Below are positions 28,055-38,275 of a DNA stretch of 64,000 nucleotides, piece after piece. Origin of the DNA: an uncultured cyanobacterium (GTDB taxonomy: Bacteria > Cyanobacteriota > Cyanobacteriia > Cyanobacteriales > Nostocaceae). The notes below the pieces were generated by a model. It made no database searches. It was not told the origin of the DNA and worked only from the letters and a program-made list of their open reading frames with translations. A program made the position numbers and the translations under genes. The stretch's first letter is position 1, and the number at the start of each line of letters is the position of its first letter. The stretch covers positions 2,304,001-2,368,000 of the forward strand of contig OY970166.1 in assembly GCA_963706595.1 (NCBI GenBank), in the 5' to 3' direction.

Positions 28055-31000
28055 CTACGCGCTAAAGTACTTCGCTACTGGGTGATAAGCAATAATCGCC
28101 GTTGTAGACTGTTCTGGATAAATTTGCTCACTTTCATCCATATACAGATTAATTCTGTCAGCCTCCAACAAATCCAACTGCTTATACTGATCCTGCATAT
28201 TCGGACAAGCCGGATAGCCAAAACTATACCGCGAACCTTGATAACGCTGTGCCAAAATATCCCGAATATTATCCGGTTCATCAGCACCAAAACCCAACTC
28301 TCGACGAATCCTGGCGTGAGTCCATTCCGCTAGAGCCTCAGCTACCTGCACAGCTAAACCGTGGAAATACAGATAATCTGTGTACTGATTATTAGCAAAC
28401 AACTTCTGAGCAAACTCCGTCGCAATTTCCCCCACAGTCACCGCCTGCATCGGGAAGACATCAATTACCCCCGACTCCTTCGGCGCAAAGTAATCTGCAA
28501 TACACAACCTTCTCAAAGACCTCTGCCGGGGAAACTCAAAACTGGCTCTTACCTCTGCGTTCTCTGCGCCTCTGTGGTTCGTCGGATCATAAACATACAA
28601 AGTATTCCCCTCAGACTGACAGGGAAAATACCCATAAACCACCTGCGGATGTAACAGATTTTCCTCAATTACCCTTTGCTTCCAACCCTCCAAAATGGGA
28701 TATACCTTCTCAGCCAAAAATGCCTGATATTCCTCCTTAGACTGTTCCTTCGGCTTGCGAAACTGCCATTGTCCAGCAATCAAAGCTTGCAAATCCAAAT
28801 GCCAAAGTATTTCCTCAATGGGAATATCGTCAGGCTTTAACAACTGACTTCCCCAGAAAGGCGGCGTAGGACGTTGAATATCTACCGCCACAGCTTCAGA
28901 ACGGCGGGTATCAATGGGGACTGGAGTCTGGGGAGTGGGGGCTTCTTCCGTAATCACTTCGCTGGTAATTTCGGCTTCTTCTGCTACTTCATCCAAAAAT
29001 CCCTGGAAATCATCCCAGTTACTACCAGCCTTGGCTGGCATTAATTTATCCATGAAGTGTAAATCAGAAAAAGCATCCTTACCATAAACTACCTTACCCT
29101 TATAGGTGTTTTGGCAATCTTGATGCACAAACTTAGGAGTTAACGCCGCACCACCTAGAATTACAGGAACGGTAATTCCCTTTTCGTTAAACGCTTGCAA
29201 ATTGTCCTTCATAAAAGCAGTGGACTTCACCAACAACCCACTCATGGCGATACAATCGGCTTTATGCTCTTCATAAGCTTGGATAATATTTTCCACCGGC
29301 TGCTTAATGCCGAGATTAATCACCCTGTAACCGTTGTTAGTGAGGATAATATCCACCAAGTTTTTACCAATGTCATGGACATCACCTTTAACTGTGGCAA
29401 TAATAAAGGTTCCTTTGCCATTGCTATCAGTTTCTGACTTTTCCATGAATGGTTCGAGATATGCAACCGCCGTTTTCATGGTTTCCGCAGACTGCAAGAC
29501 AAAAGGTAGTTGCATTTGTCCTGAACCGAATAATTCCCCTACAACTTTCATCCCATCCAGAAGAAATGTGTTTATAATCTGTAAGGGCGGATACTGTTCT
29601 AAAGCTGTTGTCAGGAGTTTCTCTAAACCAATGCGTTCGCCGTCGATGATATGACGTTTGAGACGTTCTTCTAGGGGGAGACTTTCATCAACACCTTTGT
29701 CGCGTTTGGTTGTTACCCCTTCAAATAATGTGGTAAGTTCTCCTAAAGGATCATAAACGCAGACATCACCATCAAATTTTCGGCGGTCATAAATCAAATC
29801 GAGACAAACTTTTTGATGCTTGTCTTCAATTTTAGAGAGTGGTAAAATCTTGTTAGGGCTAACAATTGCCGCATCCATTCCAGCTTGCATGGCTTCATGC
29901 AAAAACATCGAGTTCAGGACAACTCGTGATGCAGGATTTAAACCAAAGGAAATATTCGATATCCCCAAGATTACATGACATCCGGGTAATTCTTGGCGAA
30001 TTCGCTGAATTGACTCAACGGTGGCTTTACCATTGGCTCGGTCTTCTTCAATCCCAGTAGAAATAGGGAGAGCTAAAGTATCAAAGAATATTTCTGTGGG
30101 CGGGATACCATGTTCTACAGCTTGACGATAGGCGCGTTGGGCAATTTGAAACTTTCTCTCGGCTGTCCGTGCCATACCATCTTCATCGATAGTACCAATG
30201 ACTATACCCGCGCCGTGTGTTTTCGCTAAGTCCAAGACTTTCAGAAAACGTGGTTCGCCGTCTTCGTAATTGGTTGAGTTCAGCAAACACTTACCGCCGG
30301 CGACCTTTAAACCCGCCTCCATTTTTTCCCATTCTGTGGAGTCGAGCATTAAGGGCAGTGTAACATTATTGACAATGCGTGAAACCAGTTCGTGCATATC
30401 ATGTACACCGTCACGTCCCACATAATCGACGTTGACATCCAGGATGTGTGCGCCTTCTTTGACTTGCGCCCTGGCCATTGATACCAAGCCGTCCCAGTCT
30501 TCTGCATTCAGCAAATCGCGACACTTTTTGGAACCACTGGCGTTGAGGCGTTCACCGACTATTAAGAAGGAGTTATCTTGGTCGTAAGGCTGAGTGGAAT
30601 AAATTGATGCTGCGGCTGGTTCTAAACTATGCTGTCTGATTTTTGGCTTCAGCGTTTTGGAAATTTCTGTTAATTGTTGAATGTGTTCTGGACGTGTCCC
30701 ACAGCAACCCCCAATCACTTGGACACCCAAATCTTCAACAAAGTGCATTAAAGACATCCGTAATTCCATTGGTGTCAGGCGGTAATGTGCTTGTCCGCCG
30801 ACGTTCTCTGGTAAACCTGCGTTGGGTATACAAGAGACTATGAAAGGTGAATGTTCGGAAAGATATTTGATATGCGGTTTCATTAAGTCTGGCCCTGTGG
30901 CACAGTTTAAACCGAGGATATCTATGGGATATGGGGCTAATATTGTCAGAACAGCGCTGATTTCTGAACCGACTAGCATTGTACCCATGCTTTCCATTGT

Positions 31001-31585
31001 TACAGATACCATTAATGGGCGGCGTTCCCCTTTTTTGGCAAATACTTCTTCTATCCCATTCAATGCGGCTTTGATTTGCAGCACGTCTTGGCAAGTTTCC
31101 ACGAGGAATAAATCCACACCACCATCAAATAGGGCTTCGGCTTGTTCGGCGAAGTTGGCTTTGAGGGTGTCAAAGTCAATGTGTCCCAAGGTGGGGAGTT
31201 TGGTTGTGGGTCCCAGGGAACCGGCGACAAATCTCGGTTTTTCTGGGGTAGAAAATTCGGCGGCGACGCGCTTGGCTATTTCTACGGCTTTTTTGTTGAG
31301 ATAATAGGTTTGGTCTGCTAGGTCGTATTCTGCTAGGACTATGGATGTCGCGCCGAAGGTGTCTGTTTCGATGACATCAGCACCGGCGGCGAGAAAGTCT
31401 CGGTGAACTTTGGCGACGGCTTCGGGGTTGGTGTGGACTAGGTATTCGTTACAACCTTCGTATTGTGGTCCGCCGAAGTCTTCGGCTGTGAGGTTTTGTG
31501 TTTGCAGGTTGGTTCCCATTGCACCGTCAAAGACGAGAACTGGGCGATTTGGACTATGTAAATGTTCTAGGAACGGATGAGTCAT
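28055..31585 (-). CDS. metH: B12-dependent methionine synthase
   Basis: [21 protein letters not shown]12 motif, GYPACP activation domain. Confidence 0.97.
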   Translation of the reverse strand: MTHPFLEHLHSPNRPVLVFDGAMGTNLQTQNLTAEDFGGPQYEGCNEYLVHTNPEAVAKVHRDFLAAGADVIETDTFGATSIVLAEYDLADQTYYLNKKAVEIAKRVAAEFSTPEKPRFVAGSLGPTTKLPTLGHIDFDTLKANFAEQAEALFDGGVDLFLVETCQDVLQIKAALNGIEEVFAKKGERRPLMVSVTMESMGTMLVGSEISAVLTILAPYPIDILGLNCATGPDLMKPHIKYLSEHSPFIVSCIPNAGLPENVGGQAHYRLTPMELRMSLMHFVEDLGVQVIGGCCGTRPEHIQQLTEISKTLKPKIRQHSLEPAAASIYSTQPYDQDNSFLIVGERLNASGSKKCRDLLNAEDWDGLVSMARAQVKEGAHILDVNVDYVGRDGVHDMHELVSRIVNNVTLPLMLDSTEWEKMEAGLKVAGGKCLLNSTNYEDGEPRFLKVLDLAKTHGAGIVIGTIDEDGMARTAERKFQIAQRAYRQAVEHGIPPTEIFFDTLALPISTGIEEDRANGKATVESIQRIRQELPGCHVILGISNISFGLNPASRVVLNSMFLHEAMQAGMDAAIVSPNKILPLSKIEDKHQKVCLDLIYDRRKFDGDVCVYDPLGELTTLFEGVTTKRDKGVDESLPLEERLKRHIIDGERIGLEKLLTTALEQYPPLQIINTFLLDGMKVVGELFGSGQMQLPFVLQSAETMKTAVAYLEPFMEKSETDSNGKGTFIIATVKGDVHDIGKNLVDIILTNNGYRVINLGIKQPVENIIQAYEEHKADCIAMSGLLVKSTAFMKDNLQAFNEKGITVPVILGGAALTPKFVHQDCQNTYKGKVVYGKDAFSDLHFMDKLMPAKAGSNWDDFQGFLDEVAEEAEITSEVITEEAPTPQTPVPIDTRRSEAVAVDIQRPTPPFWGSQLLKPDDIPIEEILWHLDLQALIAGQWQFRKPKEQSKEEYQAFLAEKVYPILEGWKQRVIEENLLHPQVVYGYFPCQSEGNTLYVYDPTNHRGAENAEVRASFEFPRQRSLRRLCIADYFAPKESGVIDVFPMQAVTVGEIATEFAQKLFANNQYTDYLYFHGLAVQVAEALAEWTHARIRRELGFGADEPDNIRDILAQRYQGSRYSFGYPACPNMQDQYKQLDLLEADRINLYMDESEQIYPEQSTTAIIAYHPVAKYFSA

Positions 31586-31743
31586 ATTTTCCTACATCGG
31601 TCTTGTAGTTTTCTATTTTATTATTTTCCCAAATTGTCGGCGTTTTATGAGGGTTGGGTGGATTTGTGTCACGCATCAGCGAAGCGAAGCACGAAGTGCG
31701 TTAGGCGCAAAGGCGCAAAGGTAGGAAGAAAAAGTAAGCTGGA

Positions 31744-33132
31744 TTATTTGAAGATTAAATCTAAGCGTTGTTGGGTGATTTTTAGGGCTTCTGTTGGGGT
31801 GTTTTGACTGAGTAATACTGATTCTATGGCTCGGCCTAAGCTGTCGGATATGCGATTATAACCGGGAAAGATGGGTCGCGATCGCCCATATTTAGCCTGG
31901 TCTAAAAATACTTGCACGGGTGGCAGTTTGTTGACAAATTCTTGATATTGTGCATCTTGGCGAGACTTCAAGTTAATTGGTAAGTAGCCTGTTCCTAATG
32001 CTAGTTCTGTCTGAAATTCTGCACTCATGGCATACTCGGCAAAGGTGAAGGCGGCTTGTTCTCGTTCTGGTGTGGTTTTGAACAAGAATAAATTTTCACC
32101 GCCGACGCTGGTCGCAGGTTCTTGACTCACAGGAATGGGAAAAACGTCAAAGTCTACGCCACTGGCGGTAAATTCTCCCAGACTCCAGGGACCTGTGACT
32201 TGCATGGCGACGTTACCAGCGATTAAGTCACCTGTTTCATAGCCTCTTTCGGGACTGGATAACATGGCGGAACCATCTACAATTAGATTACGCCAAAATT
32301 GCAAGGCGGCGATCGCACCGGCATTATCTTCTAACATCACTCCTGCTGGATTCTGCGATTCCTCTTTTACCAATTCGCCGCCGCTACTCCACATAAATGG
32401 TAGCCAGGTGAAAACTGTAAATTCTCCTTTCCCTAATGGCAAAAACATTCCATACTGATTTATGCGACCATCGCCATTGGTATCACGAGTTAATTTTTTG
32501 GCAACTTCCCGAAACTGTTCCCAAGTCTTAGGTAATTCGGTAATTCCGGCGGCTTTAAATAAACTGGGACGGTAATAGACAGCAACATTATTGGTCGCAA
32601 ATGGCACAGACCAAATTTGACCCTGGTATTCCATTGACTCAAATAAAGCGGGGTCAATTTCGGCTTTAACAGGAGAATTATTCAGCTTTTCGTCTAAAGG
32701 AATTAAAGCTTGTAGTTCGACTAATTGACCGGCAATGGTGGGGTTATACCATAATAAATCCGGTGGCGCATTGCCCACAACTGCGGCTAAAATTTTTGGC
32801 GTTTGCTGGTCTTGTTGTCCAGCATAAAGAGATTCTACTTGAATTTTCGGATGAGTTTGATTAAATTTATCTACAAGCTTTTGTAAAACATCTCGATTAG
32901 CTGGTGGGTTTACACCTTGCCATAAAGTCAGATGAATTACACCTGTTTCGGCCGTTCGCATAGTCTGGCATCCACCTAAAGCTAGTATGCCCACTAGCAG
33001 TAACAGCAGTAAACTTTTAAAGTAGTACTGCACGTTTTTTCTTTTTCTCCTGAATTTTTGGGTTATGGAAAAAAGCCGTGCATTATGTCTCATAAGGTAT
33101 CGGAGAATAGAGGTAATTTTTACAAAATTCAA
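31744..33132 (-). CDS. Carbohydrate ABC transporter substrate-binding lipoprotein (true start probably downstream of the ORF-track start)
   Basis: LALGGC lipobox and SBP family-1 features. Confidence 0.88.
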   Translation of the reverse strand: MNFVKITSILRYLMRHNARLFSITQKFRRKRKNVQYYFKSLLLLLLVGILALGGCQTMRTAETGVIHLTLWQGVNPPANRDVLQKLVDKFNQTHPKIQVESLYAGQQDQQTPKILAAVVGNAPPDLLWYNPTIAGQLVELQALIPLDEKLNNSPVKAEIDPALFESMEYQGQIWSVPFATNNVAVYYRPSLFKAAGITELPKTWEQFREVAKKLTRDTNGDGRINQYGMFLPLGKGEFTVFTWLPFMWSSGGELVKEESQNPAGVMLEDNAGAIAALQFWRNLIVDGSAMLSSPERGYETGDLIAGNVAMQVTGPWSLGEFTASGVDFDVFPIPVSQEPATSVGGENLFLFKTTPEREQAAFTFAEYAMSAEFQTELALGTGYLPINLKSRQDAQYQEFVNKLPPVQVFLDQAKYGRSRPIFPGYNRISDSLGRAIESVLLSQNTPTEALKITQQRLDLIFK

Positions 33133-33206
33133 TAGGCTGTCTCTTGCATCTAGGTAAAAACTATATATATCCTAAACTTTTAAGGAAGCGTTAATCATTT
33201 GAGATT

Positions 33207-33962
33207 ATGGCAGGACACAGTAAATGGGCTAATATTAAGCGCCAAAAGGCGGTGGTAGATGCCAAAAAGGGCAAGACTTTCGCCCAGTTGTCTAGGGCAA
33301 TTATTATTGCTGCTAGAAGTGGTGTACCAGACCCAAATTTAAATTTTCAGCTACGGACAGCTATTGATAAGGCTAAGGCGGCTGATATTCCTAATGATAA
33401 TATTGAACGGGCGATCGCTAAAGGGGCGGGAACTTTTGGCGGTGATGGTGCTAGTTTTGAGGCTATTCGTTATGAGGGTTATGGTCCGGGTGGTGTGGCG
33501 ATTTTAATTGAAGCCCTGACTGATAATCGTAATCGCACGGCGGCTGATTTACGTGGGGCTTTTAGTAAATGTGGTGGAAATTTGGGTGAAACGGGTTGTG
33601 TTAGCTGGATGTTTGACCAAAAGGGTGTGTGTGTGGTTTCTGGGGTGGAGGATGAAGACCAGCTTTTGGAAGCGTCTCTGGAAGGTGGGGCTGAGTTTTA
33701 TGAGATGTCTGAGGATGATATGGCTGAGGTGTTTACTGAGATGTCAAATTTGGAGGTTCTCAGTCAGAGGTTGAGGGATACGGGTTTTCGGGTGGATGAT
33801 GTGGAGTTACGCTGGATTCCTAGTAATTATATTGAGGTTGTTGATTTTGAGCAAGGGCGATCGCTTGTTAAGTTAATTGATTCTCTTGAGGGGTTGGATG
33901 ATGTCCAGAATGTGACTGCTAATTTTGATATGGCGGATAGTGTTTTGGAGTTGTTGGTTTAA
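33207..33962 (+). CDS. yebC: YebC/PmpR family protein
   Basis: MAGHSKWANIK, YEGYGPGG, TDNRNRT. Confidence 0.95.
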   Translation: MAGHSKWANIKRQKAVVDAKKGKTFAQLSRAIIIAARSGVPDPNLNFQLRTAIDKAKAADIPNDNIERAIAKGAGTFGGDGASFEAIRYEGYGPGGVAILIEALTDNRNRTAADLRGAFSKCGGNLGETGCVSWMFDQKGVCVVSGVEDEDQLLEASLEGGAEFYEMSEDDMAEVFTEMSNLEVLSQRLRDTGFRVDDVELRWIPSNYIEVVDFEQGRSLVKLIDSLEGLDDVQNVTANFDMADSVLELLV

Positions 33963-34032
33963 GAGGAACGAACCGCCAAGGCGCAAAGTACGCCAAGGAA
34001 GAGGGGAAAAGGTAATATTACGAATTACAAAT

Positions 34033-34128
34033 TATAGCGGTATGCACTTCAATATAGCCCCCTCCTCGCTTGCGGGGAGGGGGTTGGGGGTGGGGTTCTT
34101 GTATCTCACTTAATTGATAACCGCTATA
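34033..34128. mobile_element. MITE-like composite: TATAGCGGT...ACCGCTATA shell around a REP-like repeat
   Basis: 9-bp terminal inverted repeats, inner repeat at 34058-34097, AATTACG heptamers on both flanks. Confidence 0.55.
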
Positions 34129-34146
34129 CGAATTACGAATTATGAA

Positions 34147-36045
34147 TTATTTGTAGCCCGCAGCTTGCAAATAAAACAATTTGGCGTAACGTCCTCCGGT
34201 CTGTAATAATTCTTCGTGGGTTCCCTGTTCTGCAATTTTACCTTCTTCGATAACTGCAATTTTGTCAGCCATTCTGACTGTGGAGAAACGGTGAGAAATT
34301 AAAAATACCATCTGATTTTGTGTCAGTGTGCGAAAATGATTGAATATATCAAACTCGGCTTGAGCATCCATTGCTGATGTTGGTTCGTCTAATACTAAAA
34401 TATCTGCTTTTGTTCGCATAAATGCACGGGCTAGGGCGATTTTTTGCCACTGTCCCCCTGAAAGTTCTTGTCCACTTTTGAACCAACGCCCTAGTTGGGT
34501 TTGAAAGTTTTGCGGTAGTTTCTCTATGAAGGGTTGCGCCATACCTTTTTCGGCGGCTATTTCCCAGCGATATTTATCTTCTAAATGTTCTACGTCGCCG
34601 ACACCAATATTTTCGCCGACGGTGAATTGATAACGCACAAAGTTCTGAAATATGACTCCAATCCGTTGACGCAATACATCGACATTCCATTCTTGCAAGT
34701 CTAAGCCATCTAAATAAATCCTTCCTGAATCTGGGGTGTAAAGTCGGGTGAGTAATTTAATTAAGGTGGTTTTACCTGAACCGTTTTCACCGACAATGGC
34801 TAGTTTTTCTCCCGGTTTTAAATGTAGAGAAATATCTGTTAATGCAGGTTGAGAACTTCCAGGATAAGTAAATGATACGTTCTCAAAACGGACTCCATCT
34901 TCCGGGTTTATCCCTCTGGTTGCATTACCCCAAGATTTGGGAACTTCTTCTTCTAAGAAATCGTAGAGGTTGGACAAATATAAGTTGTCTTCATACATTC
35001 CGCCAATTGAAGTTAGGGCATTAGAAAATGTAGACTGTCCTTGGCGAAACACGGTGAGATACATTGTCATATCTCCTAAAGAAATCCTCCCCATTGCTGT
35101 TTCAACAACTATCCAAGCGTAAGCTAAGTAAAAAGCCGCCGTACTCACTAAACTTAGGAGATATCCCCACAAACCCCGCCGTAGAGTTAAATCTCTATCT
35201 TCACTATATAGTTGACGAAACAGGTTGCGGTAACGTTCTAGCAGGGTTTCACCTAGTTGGTAAAGTTTGACTTCTGTGGCATAGTCTTCTCTGGCTAGTA
35301 AGCTTTCGATATATTGCTGTTTCCGGCTTTCTGGGGCGCGCCAACTAAATAAACGAAAGGCTTGTCCAGCAAATTTGGTTTCGGCAATAAAGGAGGGCAT
35401 CGCTGCTAAAATTAAGACTATGACTGCCCAAGCTGAGAAGTTTATTAATAAAATGCCGTAGGTGACTAGGGAAAGGGCGTTTTGTACTAAGCCAAAGGTG
35501 CGATTTACTAAGGAAAGGGGACGCACTGAGGCTTCGCGCCGGGCGTTGGTGAGTTTGTCATAAAATTCGGAATCTTCAAACTGGCGTAAATCTAATGTCA
35601 GGGCTTTTTCTAATATCAGTACATTTACTTTTTGCCCTAGTAGCACCCGTAACAGCGATTGACAGATAGAAATGCCCCGTTGACTTCCTGCGAGGAGTGC
35701 GATCGCCACTGCTTCCAAGCCCACATATAATAAAGGTTGGGTAATATTGCCATCATTGACTTGCGCCGCCAAAACAACAGCATCCACAATTAACTTGCCA
35801 ATGTAGGCGATCGCAGCTGGTAAAAGACCCGCAACTAAAGTTAAAGTAGCAAGAATAATGGTCAAAATCTGACTAGTATTCCACACTAAGCTGATAGCCC
35901 GTCCGCTATAGCGAAAAACAGCCAATGACTGGCGCAGAGTGTTTCTTATTTTTTTCATGCTTATTTTTATACTGATTCTTATAAAATGATCAAAATTTGG
36001 CAAGTTGACTTTTATCGTCGTCCGGTGCAGGATAAATCTGGACAA
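34147..36045 (-). CDS. ABC exporter, fused TMD + ATPase (start probably ~35958)
   Basis: GENGSGKTT, LSGGQWQK, LDEPT, TM helices. Confidence 0.92.
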   Translation of the reverse strand: MSRFILHRTTIKVNLPNFDHFIRISIKISMKKIRNTLRQSLAVFRYSGRAISLVWNTSQILTIILATLTLVAGLLPAAIAYIGKLIVDAVVLAAQVNDGNITQPLLYVGLEAVAIALLAGSQRGISICQSLLRVLLGQKVNVLILEKALTLDLRQFEDSEFYDKLTNARREASVRPLSLVNRTFGLVQNALSLVTYGILLINFSAWAVIVLILAAMPSFIAETKFAGQAFRLFSWRAPESRKQQYIESLLAREDYATEVKLYQLGETLLERYRNLFRQLYSEDRDLTLRRGLWGYLLSLVSTAAFYLAYAWIVVETAMGRISLGDMTMYLTVFRQGQSTFSNALTSIGGMYEDNLYLSNLYDFLEEEVPKSWGNATRGINPEDGVRFENVSFTYPGSSQPALTDISLHLKPGEKLAIVGENGSGKTTLIKLLTRLYTPDSGRIYLDGLDLQEWNVDVLRQRIGVIFQNFVRYQFTVGENIGVGDVEHLEDKYRWEIAAEKGMAQPFIEKLPQNFQTQLGRWFKSGQELSGGQWQKIALARAFMRTKADILVLDEPTSAMDAQAEFDIFNHFRTLTQNQMVFLISHRFSTVRMADKIAVIEEGKIAEQGTHEELLQTGGRYAKLFYLQAAGYK

Positions 36046-36783
36046 ATTCTCTGGGAATTGTTGATTTGTGACGCAACACGTAGCTTTGAATATACAGCCA
36101 CCTGTCCCCAGTCAGCAGCCAACTCTCATTGGCTTGAGACTCAAATTCAGTTAGCAGATAATGACAACTTACCAGATATAATTGAGGTTTTTCGTCCCCA
36201 GTCTTTGAGTTTAATTCAAGCAGCTGCAAACAACTTAGATATTGATGTCGAAGCTACCCGCTACACTTTGGCGTTAAAACAGTGGTTAGAAGAAAAGCAA
36301 TATCCCTTAGCCCTGGATAAACCACCCCCAACACCATTACCCGAAAACCTCTGGGGGGAAGAATGGCGGTTTGCTACACTCTCAGCCGGCGAACTCGCAG
36401 ATGTGTTTGCACAACGCCCGATACCGATTGTATCTATACCAGAGTTTTTGAAACCGATAAATTTGGGTTTAGCATCCACAGTCCCTGTTCCTGGTGTCAT
36501 TATCTATGGTGGCAGAAAATCGATGCGTTTAGCAAGGTGGTTAGAAGAGGCACAGCCAGTATCGTTAAATTACATAGCTGGCGAGCCAAATGGTTTAATA
36601 TTAGAAGCTGGTTTAGTTGATAGATGGATTGTGGCGACGTTTGCAGATGCAGAGGTGGAAGCTGCTGCAAAAGTTTATCAACAGCGTCAACAACAAAGCC
36701 AAGGATTGCATTTTTTGTTAGTTCAACCCGATGATTCCGGGATGACTTATACAGGCTTTTGGTTATTAAGGGCAGAAAAATAG
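35986..36783 (+). CDS. Tab2/Atab2 family RNA-binding protein
   Basis: WQVDFYRRP...WELLIC...GLHFLLVQPDD...GFWLL. Confidence 0.88.
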   Translation: MIKIWQVDFYRRPVQDKSGQILWELLICDATRSFEYTATCPQSAANSHWLETQIQLADNDNLPDIIEVFRPQSLSLIQAAANNLDIDVEATRYTLALKQWLEEKQYPLALDKPPPTPLPENLWGEEWRFATLSAGELADVFAQRPIPIVSIPEFLKPINLGLASTVPVPGVIIYGGRKSMRLARWLEEAQPVSLNYIAGEPNGLILEAGLVDRWIVATFADAEVEAAAKVYQQRQQQSQGLHFLLVQPDDSGMTYTGFWLLRAEK

Positions 36784-36797
36784 TTCTAGAATTTGTT

Positions 36798-36937
36798 ATA
36801 TCAAGTCCGGTTGAATACTTACGAAACGCGAAAACCTGCTAAACCTTTGCTTTATCTCCCCTCCTCGCTTGCGGGGAGGGGTTGGGGGTGGGGTGACATG
36901 ATTGTGGCAATCGTCACTAATTAAACGGACATGATAT
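36798..36937. mobile_element. MITE-like composite: ATATCAAGTCCG...CGGACATGATAT shell around a REP-like repeat
   Basis: Imperfect terminal inverted repeats with inner repeat at 36858-36894. Confidence 0.55.
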
Positions 36938-38238
36938 TAGATAACTAATTCCTCAATTTTCTCTGTTTTTGGTTGAGAATAAGACAACATTTTTAGTAAC
37001 ACTTCTTCAGCAACAGCTTTAACTACATTAATGCTTACCGAATTTCCTAGTTGATGGTAAGCTTTATCATCATTGGGATGAAGTAGAAAACTATCTGGAA
37101 AACCTTGTAACCTTGCTGCTTCACGAGGAGTTAGTCGTCGCACTCGCTGATTGTGATACACCCCTAATCGATTGGCATCACTAGCAACTAATGTTACTGA
37201 AATTTTATTTGGGTCTACAAATTTATAAACTTCAAATGAAAAATTACCAGATAAAGGTTTATATTTTCCATTAATTAGTTTAAGATATTTCTTGGCAACA
37301 AGTGAGTTTAAAACTTCTCCCAGATGAGGATAATCACAAAAACTAGCTATTTGTTCCTGAGTTAATAATTTACCATCTTGTTCGCAACCGAATTCTTTAT
37401 TTCGTCTTTTTAATATAAACTGGTTCATCAATGCAATTTCTTCTGCACTACATTCACCACGCAATCCTAATTCCCAAGAATGAATGGAGTTTCCTCCTCG
37501 ATAATCAATTAGTCTCACGCCGTGTAAGCGATTTAAATCATTGTTGAATATGCGTTTTAAAGCATTAATAAATGCTGGAGAACAATCATATTTACTACTA
37601 GGATTATCTTCTAAAATATCAGCAACAGTTGCAGTTTTTTTGGTTTGATGAAATAAACACATCTGTTGCGGATTATAAGTATGAGAATCTTTAGGTCCCA
37701 CATCTGACATCAAATCAAACTTAGGCGTGGCGTTTAAAATACCTATTAAATAAATTCGGACACGGTTTTGTGGTAAACCAAAGTTTGCACTGTTGAGTAA
37801 AAAAGCATCAAAGCTGTAACCTCTTTTTTGGATTTCGTGTTTAATAGTTACCAGAGTTTTACCTTGGTCATGACTGTAAATTCCTCGGACATTTTCAAAA
37901 ATAAAAGCTTGTGGTTTATATGTATCCAGTAATCTGGTGATTTCAAAAAATAGTGTCCCTCGTGTATCGCTAAAACCTTCTTTTTTACCAGCATGAGAAA
38001 ATGATTGACAGGGGAAACCAGCTAATAATATTTCATGTTCTGGTAGTTTCTCTATCAGTCGGACATCACCTAAAGACTTGTGATTGAAGTTGGTTTCATA
38101 AACGAATTGAGCATCTGTATTGATTTCGCTACTTAAAACACATTCACTTTCTATATTTAAGGAATTAGCCGCTTGTTCAAAGGCTAATCTAATTCCCCCT
38201 ATTCCTGAAAATAAGTCAATGAACCTAATTTTTTGCAT
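36937..38238 (-). CDS. C5 DNA cytosine methyltransferase (type II R-M)
   Basis: Motif I DLFSGIGG, IV GFPCQSFS, VI ENV, VIII QNRVR, IX RLQGFP, X GNSV. Confidence 0.95.
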   Translation of the reverse strand: MQKIRFIDLFSGIGGIRLAFEQAANSLNIESECVLSSEINTDAQFVYETNFNHKSLGDVRLIEKLPEHEILLAGFPCQSFSHAGKKEGFSDTRGTLFFEITRLLDTYKPQAFIFENVRGIYSHDQGKTLVTIKHEIQKRGYSFDAFLLNSANFGLPQNRVRIYLIGILNATPKFDLMSDVGPKDSHTYNPQQMCLFHQTKKTATVADILEDNPSSKYDCSPAFINALKRIFNNDLNRLHGVRLIDYRGGNSIHSWELGLRGECSAEEIALMNQFILKRRNKEFGCEQDGKLLTQEQIASFCDYPHLGEVLNSLVAKKYLKLINGKYKPLSGNFSFEVYKFVDPNKISVTLVASDANRLGVYHNQRVRRLTPREAARLQGFPDSFLLHPNDDKAYHQLGNSVSINVVKAVAEEVLLKMLSYSQPKTEKIEELVI

Positions 38239-38275
38239 CTTGTTAAATAGTTTTTTACCTAAAAATTAAAATGAT

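Noticed and set aside
31586..31743. Cobalamin or SAM riboswitch upstream of metH
   Set aside because: No B12-box or SAM-riboswitch core recognised. The region holds a CGCAAAGGCGCAAAG dispersed repeat instead.
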